The notes under the pieces are model-generated. The model was not told where the DNA came from, searched no databases, and saw nothing but the letters and a program-made list of their open reading frames with translations. A DNA stretch of 11,507 nucleotides from a bacterium (GTDB taxonomy: Bacteria > UBA6262 > WVXT01): assembly GCA_046759165.1 (NCBI GenBank), contig JBHIBS010000048.1, forward strand, positions 1 to 11,507, in the 5' to 3' direction. The translations under genes and the position numbers were made by a program. Shown here one piece after another: positions 1 to 6,248 of this stretch. Every line of letters starts with the position of its first letter. Position 1 is the first letter of the stretch.

Positions 1-63
1 GAACTCCTTGCTCGAGTTAAAACTGTCCTCCAACGTTCTTCCGGCAGAATTTCTAAAGAATGA
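1..63 (+). CDS. 3' end of a probable response-regulator receiver (REC) domain protein, partial
   Basis: Frame 1 reads ELLARVKTVLQRSSGRISKE*, with TGA at 61-63. ELLARV..VL.R resembles the last helix of receiver domains. Only 20 codons are visible. Confidence 0.55.
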   Translation, partial: ELLARVKTVLQRSSGRISKE

Positions 64-323
64 CGAAGGGTTCAAATCCTACAGATTCAAGACGCATTTC
101 TCGGACTGAGTGAGAGCTAAAAAGGATGGAATTCTTGCCTAATGCCGAAGGAACGGCTTGCACCTTTACGGGAAATTTCCGCAGAGCAAAGATACTGAAA
201 AGATTCAGCTGCCAAACCGGCGTAGCATTAGAAACGATAAATACAAATTAGCCATAATCGTTCAATTTTTGCTCAATTTTTCTTTAAGCATAGTAAATTC
301 ACAATACCACTGCAAATAATTTG

Positions 324-352
324 TTGACTTTGATGAAATTATATGATATAAG
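324..352 (+). promoter_or_regulatory. sigma70-type promoter for the first DUF2294 gene
   Basis: TTGACT (324-329), 17-nt spacer, TATAAG (347-352), with an extended -10 TG at 344-345. It lies inside the ORF-track extension 321-389, which argues for the ATG at 390 as the real start. Confidence 0.7.
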
Positions 353-389
353 TACTCCATCATATGAGGGGAAGGAAAAAATAAAAAAG

Positions 390-752
390 ATGACAAAGGG
401 ACAAATAGAGGCTAAAATAAGTGAAGCCATGATAAAGTTCGAAATGGAACACATGGGACGGGGACCGGAAGAAGCAAGAACTTATGTTATCAAAGATATG
501 ATTTTTATTCGGTTAAAAGGAGTTTTAACTACTGCGGAGAAACGATTGGCTAAGGATGTTGAAGGAAAATTATTAGTTAAACAAACAAGACTTCGATTAT
601 TAGAAAATTCTCGGAATATATTAGAGGAACTTGTTCAAAACATAACAGGTAGCCAAATAATTAGTATGCATACTGATATAAGCACTAAAACTGGGGAGAG
701 AATAATTGTCTTTACCGTAGATAAAAATTTAGAAGGAAAAATTAGCTCTTAA
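390..752 (+). CDS. DUF2294 / MpsC-family protein, canonical copy (120 aa)
   Basis: MTKGQIEAKISEA...MGRGPEEARTY...RLKGVLTTAE...MHTDISTKTGERIIVF has the TKGQxE, GRGP, GVLTxAE and HxDISTxTGE motifs of DUF2294. Start moved to ATG 390, after a purine-rich GAGGGGAAGGA tract. Confidence 0.88.
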   Translation: MTKGQIEAKISEAMIKFEMEHMGRGPEEARTYVIKDMIFIRLKGVLTTAEKRLAKDVEGKLLVKQTRLRLLENSRNILEELVQNITGSQIISMHTDISTKTGERIIVFTVDKNLEGKISS

Positions 753-921
753 CTTTAACTGGGAAATAGTTTGACACTCATACGGCAAGCCTTAATGTTC
801 AGCATTAGCGAATCAGAATGTGATTCTGCGGAGCAGGACGGTTGTTTTAATTTTAGCAAGAGGAAATCGAGCGATATGGGTTAAGCCCTGATGCTTAGTA
901 TAACCGGCATTCCTTTTGGAC

Positions 922-950
922 TTGACAATTATTTTTTACTTTGATAGACT
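922..950 (+). promoter_or_regulatory. sigma70-type promoter upstream of the structured leader
   Basis: Perfect TTGACA (922-927), 17-nt spacer, TAGACT (945-950), with an extended -10 TG at 942-943. Predicted transcription start near 957. Confidence 0.75.
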
Positions 951-972
951 ACAATTAATTAGGTTTATGGAA

Positions 973-1030
973 GGCTAGACAAGAAGCGGCCTCCCGGTTT
1001 ATCGGGAAAAAGCTTGTTGTAAAGCAGGCC
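973..1030 (+). ncRNA. Candidate cis-regulatory leader RNA (attenuator/riboswitch-like domain)
   Basis: Nested stems GGCU 973-976/GGCC 1027-1030, GACAAG 978-983/CUUGUU 1013-1018, and UCCCGG 992-997/UCGGGA 1002-1007, with purine-rich joining strands. The 3' end overlaps the 5' arm of the terminator. Confidence 0.6.
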
Positions 1031-1081
1031 AATATTTATAGTCCTGCTGTTAAAGGGGACTATGAGTGTTGGCTTTTTTTT
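1028..1081 (+). terminator. Intrinsic terminator within the 5' leader
   Basis: Uninterrupted 18-bp stem GCCAATATTTATAGTCCT (1028-1045)/GGGACTATGAGTGTTGGC (1056-1073) with four G-U pairs, followed by T8 (1074-1081). It lies between the promoter at 922-950 and the ATG at 1109. Confidence 0.85.
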
Positions 1082-1108
1082 ATTTTATTAGAGAAAAAAG
1101 GAAAAGCT

Positions 1109-1678
1109 ATGAAAACTCAAGATTTAAACGATGAAAATAGGGAGATCTGTTGTCCCCTTTTCAAAAACAAAAGGCACTGTTCATATATTGAAGAGGATGA
1201 AAGTGCAAAACCTCCTGAACGCAGACGGAAAGATTTCTGTAGAACTAAATGTGCGGTTTATAGAATACATTATAAATTGAAAAGAGAAAGGAGAATTTCC
1301 GCAGTGGAGAAAACAAAAGACCAGATCGAATTAGCAATTGGTAAGGAAGTGGGTAGATTCCTGAAGAAGCAGATTGGTGAAGTGACCGAAAATGTAACTA
1401 CAAGAATTAATGATAACACTATTCTTGTGAGATTCGTAGGTGCGCTTTCTCATGCTGAGAGAAACTTAATACAGGATTTGGAAGGAGCTAAATTAATAAA
1501 AGAGTTGAAGGAAAAGTTAATCGAAGACATTAAACCACAACTTAGAAATATAATTAAGGAACTAACAAATGCAAAAGTAAACAACATTCATTCTGATATA
1601 AATACCGAGACAGGAGAAAGGATAATACTATTTTCACTTGATGAAAATCTGGAGGAGAAATTTAAGGGAAAATCATAA
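1109..1678 (+). CDS. Divergent DUF2294/MpsC-family protein with a Cys-rich N-terminal extension
   Basis: Residues ~68-189 align without gaps to the 390-752 product (TKDQIE/TKGQIE, GALSHAE/GVLTTAE, HSDINTETGERII/HTDISTKTGERII). The N-terminal 65 aa contain C14, C15, C24, C44 and C48. An alternative start is GTG 1304, with AAGGAG at 1288-1293. Confidence 0.8.
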   Translation: MKTQDLNDENREICCPLFKNKRHCSYIEEDESAKPPERRRKDFCRTKCAVYRIHYKLKRERRISAVEKTKDQIELAIGKEVGRFLKKQIGEVTENVTTRINDNTILVRFVGALSHAERNLIQDLEGAKLIKELKEKLIEDIKPQLRNIIKELTNAKVNNIHSDINTETGERIILFSLDENLEEKFKGKS

Positions 1679-1701
1679 ACTAAAATGGAGGTGAAAGTAA
1701 A

Positions 1702-2178
1702 ATGGTGGGAAAAGAGACATACTTAAGTAGAGAAGGTTATGAGAAGTTAAGAGAGGAGTTGGAATATTTAAAGACTGTGCGGCGTAAAGAAATAGTTAAG
1801 GAAATAGAACAAGCAAGGTCATATGGTGATATAAGCGAAAATGCTGAATATGATGCTGCTAAAGAAGCTCAAGCCTTGAATGAGAAAAGGATTGCTGAAT
1901 TGGGAGATAAACTCAGTCGTATCCGAATTATTGATGAAGAAGATATTTCCAAGGATGAAGTGCGCATAGGTGCGACCGTAAGACTTAAAGATTTAAACAC
2001 AGGAGAAGAACTTCAATATACTTTGGTATCAGAATTAGAGGCAGATTTTTCACAAGGCAAGATTTCGGTAACTTCTCCTGTAGGCAAAGGGTTGTTAGGT
2101 CGTAAAGAAAATGAGACAATTGAGATTGAGATTCCCGCAGGAATTTTAAGATATAAAATACTAAAGATTTCAAGATGA
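1702..2178 (+). CDS. greA: Transcription elongation factor GreA
   Basis: ARSYGDISENAEYDAAK acidic tip motif and ISVTSPVGKGLLG motif; 158 aa; RBS GGAGGTG at 1687-1693. Confidence 0.96.
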   Translation: MVGKETYLSREGYEKLREELEYLKTVRRKEIVKEIEQARSYGDISENAEYDAAKEAQALNEKRIAELGDKLSRIRIIDEEDISKDEVRIGATVRLKDLNTGEELQYTLVSELEADFSQGKISVTSPVGKGLLGRKENETIEIEIPAGILRYKILKISR

Positions 2179-2894
2179 ACACAAAAGTTTTAGAAATTAA
2201 TCTTAATAATATAGAGCCGGCCAAAATTAAGAAAGCAGCTAGGGTAATAAGAGAAGGTGGTTTGGTTGCCTTTCCCACAGAGACGGTTTATGGGCTAGGT
2301 GGGGATGCATTAAACCCTCACGCAGTAGTTAAAATCTTCGAGGCCAAAAATAGACCATTGGAAGGTCCTTTAATTGTGCATATTTCACAGAGAGACGATC
2401 TATTCAAATTGGCAAAAGATGTTCCCGATATGGCAATGGAATTGACCGATAAATTTTGGCCCGGGCCATTAACACTTGTTTTGAGGAGATCCGACATGGT
2501 GCCTGATATAGTGAGTGCGGGCTCGGATACAGTGGCGGTTAGAATACCTGATAATGAACTTGCCCTAACGCTTATTAAAGAATCGCAAACGCCCATAGCT
2601 GCCCCGAGTGCCAATCTTTTTGGCAGGCCTTCTCCAACATGTGCACGGCATGTTCTGGATGATCTTGATGGCAGGATAGATATAGTTATTGATGGTGGTA
2701 TGACGTTCATAGGCTTAGAGTCAACAGTTTTAGATTTGGCACAGGAGCCTCCATATATACTGCGCCCAGGAGGGGTGAGCAAAGAAAAATTAAAAAAGAT
2801 AATCCCCACGGTTGAAATTTACAAACAAAATAAAATTCTGTCACCGGGAATGTATCCTCGGCACTACGCTCCCGATGGAAGAGCTCGTTTATAA
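2175..2894 (+). CDS. sua5: L-threonylcarbamoyladenylate synthase (Sua5/TsaC), ending just after the Sua5 linker
   Basis: VAFPTETVYGLG, KxR, FWPGPLTLVL, APSANxxGRPSPT, GLESTVLD, LRPGG, and the linker motif SPGMxxRHYAP. A stop follows 6 codons later, so the C-terminal SUA5 domain is missing. ATGA overlap with greA. Confidence 0.9.
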   Translation: MNTKVLEINLNNIEPAKIKKAARVIREGGLVAFPTETVYGLGGDALNPHAVVKIFEAKNRPLEGPLIVHISQRDDLFKLAKDVPDMAMELTDKFWPGPLTLVLRRSDMVPDIVSAGSDTVAVRIPDNELALTLIKESQTPIAAPSANLFGRPSPTCARHVLDDLDGRIDIVIDGGMTFIGLESTVLDLAQEPPYILRPGGVSKEKLKKIIPTVEIYKQNKILSPGMYPRHYAPDGRARL

Positions 2895-2995
2895 AAATCT
2901 CACTTCAAATGTCTTATTATTTTTAGAAGGAAGGAAGGACATAAGTAAGTTAATTGAAGAGACGGCAAGGTTAAGGAGATTTTTAGGATAAAAAT

Positions 2996-3550
2996 ATGAA
3001 CAGAGCGATATTCTTAGACCGAGATGGAACAATAAATCAAGATTTGGGGGATATCTGCTCCAAGGATAAACTTGTTTTTATTCCCCAAGCTTTAGGGGCC
3101 ATAAGGATTTTAAAGGGAGATTTTCTCTTGTTTATTATTACCAATCAATCAGGTATTGGTAAAAATATCTTTAGCGAAGAGGAATTTTTAAATTTGAATG
3201 ATTACTTTCTAAATTTTCTTAAAGAAAGGAGTATTAAAATAGAAAAGGTTTACTATTGTCCCCATACAAAAGAAGAAGATTGTCTCTGCCGCAAACCCAA
3301 GCCATATTTTTTAAGAAAAGCAGAAAAGGATTATAATATTGATTTAAAGAAGTCTTATGTTATCGGCGACCACCCCCATGATATAGAGATGGCTCATAGG
3401 GCAAAAGCAGGTTCTATTTATTTATTAACTGGTCACGGTAGAAAGCATGTGCAGGAATTATCCATTAAACCAGATTTTATTGCCCATAACCTCTATGAGG
3501 CAGCGATTTGGATTATGGAAAGATCAATGATAAACCAACAAGGAGGTTAG
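2996..3550 (+). CDS. gmhB: HAD-IIIA phosphatase, GmhB/HisB-N family (heptose 1,7-bisphosphate phosphatase-like)
   Basis: FLDRDGTIN, TNQSGIG, zinc motif CPH...CxCRKP, and GDxxxD. The substrate cannot be fixed from motifs alone. Confidence 0.8.
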   Translation: MNRAIFLDRDGTINQDLGDICSKDKLVFIPQALGAIRILKGDFLLFIITNQSGIGKNIFSEEEFLNLNDYFLNFLKERSIKIEKVYYCPHTKEEDCLCRKPKPYFLRKAEKDYNIDLKKSYVIGDHPHDIEMAHRAKAGSIYLLTGHGRKHVQELSIKPDFIAHNLYEAAIWIMERSMINQQGG

Positions 3551-3555
3551 CAAAG

Positions 3556-4092
3556 ATGGATAAGAAGATTCTGGTAGGAATTGTTATGGGAAGTGACTCA
3601 GATTTACCGGTAATGCAGGAGGCAGCGCAAATTTTGGATAAGTTTGGTATTAATTGTGAAATCAATATTATCTCTGCCCATCGCACACCACTGAAAGCAC
3701 ATAAATACCCTTCTAATGCTGAAGCAAGAGGATTAGAAGTGATTATTGCTGGTGCTGGAGGAGCGGCGCATTTAGCAGGGGTGATTGCTTCTTTGACACA
3801 TTTACCAGTAATTGGTGTTCTTATAGAGAGTCAAAGTTTGGGCGGAATAGATTCGCTTCTCTCTATAGTTCAGATGCCATCTGGAGTACCTGTGGCCACA
3901 ATGGCTATCGGTAAAGCTGGAGCCAAGAACTCGGGAATTTTAGCCACACAAATTTTAGGAGTAAAATATCCCGAAATAAGAGAAAAAATCAAAGTGTATA
4001 AAGAAGAGATAGCTCAAACAGTTATAGAGAAGAACAAAAGATTATCCACAGCAAGAGAAGGCGGCTCTATCTCTGGTGGGAGAGCGGAGTAG
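3556..4092 (+). CDS. purE: N5-CAIR mutase, class I PurE
   Basis: MGSDSD, SAHRTP, AGAGGAAHLAG, GxDSLLSIVQMPSGVPVAT. Start moved to ATG 3556, behind AGGAGG at 3541-3546. Confidence 0.93.
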   Translation: MDKKILVGIVMGSDSDLPVMQEAAQILDKFGINCEINIISAHRTPLKAHKYPSNAEARGLEVIIAGAGGAAHLAGVIASLTHLPVIGVLIESQSLGGIDSLLSIVQMPSGVPVATMAIGKAGAKNSGILATQILGVKYPEIREKIKVYKEEIAQTVIEKNKRLSTAREGGSISGGRAE

Positions 4093-4096
4093 GATA

Positions 4097-4450
4097 ATGC
4101 AAAAGTCCCCTAATTATGGAGATTATAGAATTGAATTTAAGAATTTTCCCAATGGACATTTAGAGATTCGTTATTTTGATATTCCCCGAGATTCTTCTTA
4201 TCGGTCCTGGAAATTGCCCAAAGAGGTGGTTAAGGAGTTAATTTCCTGGTGGAAGAGGCTAAGGAAGAATAAAAATATACGTTTCCCTATAAAGGAAAAG
4301 ACAAAAATTTGTGAATTTACTATGTATACAGAAAATTATATTGAAATAAGAGAATTTGATAACCTTGGTCGTTATAAGATGATAGGCTTCAGTCTCCCAA
4401 AAGTTCTACTCAAGGAATTAGTAAGTTGGAAAAATAAGGAATCGTTATGA
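4097..4450 (+). CDS. Hypothetical basic/aromatic protein with an internal 60-aa duplication
   Basis: 117-aa ORF from ATG 4097, just after the purE stop. HLEIRYFD...WKLPKEVVKELISW aligns with YIEIREFD...FSLPKVLLKELVSW. Confidence 0.7.
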   Translation: MQKSPNYGDYRIEFKNFPNGHLEIRYFDIPRDSSYRSWKLPKEVVKELISWWKRLRKNKNIRFPIKEKTKICEFTMYTENYIEIREFDNLGRYKMIGFSLPKVLLKELVSWKNKESL

Positions 4451-4553
4451 TAGATAGACTAATTTCTGTGCCTAAAGCCACGGGCAAAGAAATAATTAAC
4501 AGAAAAGCACAAGATTAAAAGGAGAATTAGAAAGGATTGCTAAATAAGCGGAT

Positions 4554-4918
4554 GCAGCTCGTTTTGCTGGTGAAGGTTGTACTGATTCCAGAATAACGAG
4601 AGGTTACTGAAGTTAATGAAAGAAGTACCTCTTCATTTACGCCGAGCTACCTTCAAGTGTGTTATAGCTATTGCTACTCCACAGGGCGAAGTAGAAGTAA
4701 CTAAAGGTAGTTGGAGAGGACTGATTAGAGTTAAGCCAGAAGGGAGTAATGGATTTGGCTACGACCCACTTTTTATTGTGCCAGAATATCAAAAAACTTC
4801 AGCGCAACTTTCACCAGAGGAAAAGAATAGAATCAGTCATCGAGCAAAAGCATTAAAACAAGCCAAACAAATTTTGCAGCAAAGGATAAAAAATGTTCAA
4901 GAAAATGTTAATCGTTAA
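4554..4918 (+). pseudogene. rdgB: RdgB/Ham1 non-canonical purine NTP pyrophosphatase, 5'-truncated and frameshifted
   Basis: C-terminal motifs GFGYDPLF, EKNRISHR and RxATFxC are present. Upstream ARFAGEGCTD (4557-4586) joins QNNERLLKLM (from 4589) only through a frameshift near 4587-4588. An in-frame TAA lies at 4545-4547 and the N-terminal part is absent. Confidence 0.85.
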
Positions 4919-6245
4919 TCGAGGCGAAATTTCCTTAAGGATTATTCGTGCCTGTAGAGAGTTAGGAATTAAGACTGTAGCTATTTTTTCAGAGGCTGAT
5001 AGAGAATCTCTTCATGTTAGACTTGCTGATGAATCAATCTGTATTGGTCCTCCACCAAGTAGTGATAGTTATCTAAATATTCCATCTATTATGAGTGCGG
5101 CAGAAATATCTAATGTAGATGCTATTCATCCTGGTTACGGCTTCCTTTCAGAAAATGAACATTTTGCTGAGATTTGTCAAGGGAGTGGTTTGGTTTTTAT
5201 TGGTCCACCACACGATGCCATACGTGAAATGGGTGATAAAGCGGTAGCACGAGAGACAATGAGAAAAGCAGGAGTGCCTATAGTGCCTGGAGCAAAAGGG
5301 ATTATAGAGGATGACCAGCAAGCGTTGAGAATAGCGGATAAAATAGGTTACCCGGTGATGATTAAAGCTTCTGCTGGTGGTGGTGGAAAAGGAATGAGAA
5401 TAGCCTGTGATAAACAAAGTCTTCTTTCTTTACTTAAAATGGCTCAGACAGAAGCACTTTCTGCATTTGGTAATCCTGAAGTATATATAGAGAAATATAT
5501 TGAACAGGCGAAGCATATTGAGATTCAGATATTGGCTGACCATCATGGAAATATTATTCATCTGGGTGAAAGAGACTGTTCGGTGCAGAGGCGACACCAG
5601 AAATTAATTGAGGAAACTCCTTCACCAGCAGTGAATAGGAAATTAAGAGAAAAGATGGGCAAAGCGGCAATTAAAGCAGCCAAGGCAGTGAAATATACCA
5701 ATGCTGGCACAGTAGAATTCCTGCTGGATAAGAAAGGACACTTTTATTTTATGGAGATGACTACTCGAATTCAGGTTGAACATCCGATTACTGAAATGGT
5801 TACCGGTATAGATATAGTAAAAGAACAAATCCGAATTGCTGTTGGAACGAAGTTAAAATATTCACAAAAAGAAATTACAATGAATGGTCATACTATAGAA
5901 TGTCGCATCAATGCTGAGGATTCCACTAACAGTTTTGCTCCTTCACCGGGTGTAATTACAGGTTATCTTGTTCCCGGAGGTCCGGGTGTTAGATTAGATT
6001 CTCATTTGTATAAAGGATATAAGATACCTTCAAATTATGATTCTTTAGTTGGCAAATTAATTGTCCATGATGTAAATCGCAAATTTGCCATCTTACGTAT
6101 GAAACGAGCATTAAGCGAATATACGATTGAGGGAATAAAGACTACTATTCCCTTTCATTTAAAGGTTTTAGATACCGATGATTTCCAAAAGGGAAGGGTA
6201 TATACGAACTTTGTGGAAACAAAAATTATTAAGATGGAGAAATAG
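4893..6245 (+). CDS. accC: Biotin carboxylase (AccC or pyruvate carboxylase subunit A type)
   Basis: [39 protein letters not shown], EMxTRIQVEH, ECRINAED; 450 aa. The partner complex cannot be assigned from this window. Confidence 0.93.
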   Translation: MFKKMLIVNRGEISLRIIRACRELGIKTVAIFSEADRESLHVRLADESICIGPPPSSDSYLNIPSIMSAAEISNVDAIHPGYGFLSENEHFAEICQGSGLVFIGPPHDAIREMGDKAVARETMRKAGVPIVPGAKGIIEDDQQALRIADKIGYPVMIKASAGGGGKGMRIACDKQSLLSLLKMAQTEALSAFGNPEVYIEKYIEQAKHIEIQILADHHGNIIHLGERDCSVQRRHQKLIEETPSPAVNRKLREKMGKAAIKAAKAVKYTNAGTVEFLLDKKGHFYFMEMTTRIQVEHPITEMVTGIDIVKEQIRIAVGTKLKYSQKEITMNGHTIECRINAEDSTNSFAPSPGVITGYLVPGGPGVRLDSHLYKGYKIPSNYDSLVGKLIVHDVNRKFAILRMKRALSEYTIEGIKTTIPFHLKVLDTDDFQKGRVYTNFVETKIIKMEK

Positions 6246-6248
6246 AAA

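Noticed and set aside
66-82. GGGTTCAAATCC resembling a tRNA T-arm or att-site remnant
   Set aside because: Only a 3-bp stem forms, there is no acceptor or anticodon arm, and no integrase is present in the window.
60-113. 17-codon ORF starting MTKG, like the DUF2294 start
   Set aside because: The similarity stops after four residues and is probably chance.
321-389. N-terminal extension of the first ORF from TTG 321
   Set aside because: It overlaps the predicted -35/-10 promoter, and family homology starts at ATG 390.
801-895. tRNA-like reading of the folded segment (GGGTTAAGCCC next to a closing stem)
   Set aside because: There is no TTCRA loop, no proper D or anticodon arm, and no CCA end.
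973-1030. Assignment of the leader to a known riboswitch class (c-di-AMP, c-di-GMP, SAM, TPP, purine, ZTP, T-box)
   Set aside because: I could not find their hallmark consensus sequences by eye. An Rfam scan is needed to exclude less familiar motifs.
1985-2809. Minus-strand ORFs 1985-2278 and 2318-2809
   Set aside because: They are antisense shadows of greA and sua5 with no recognisable motifs.
3508-3555. Upstream purE start at 3508
   Set aside because: It overlaps gmhB by 43 nt, whereas ATG 3556 has AGGAGG and matches the family start.
4616-4918. Intact 100-aa gene as given by the ORF track
   Set aside because: It is only the C-terminal half of RdgB, with out-of-frame homology upstream, so it is treated as a pseudogene.
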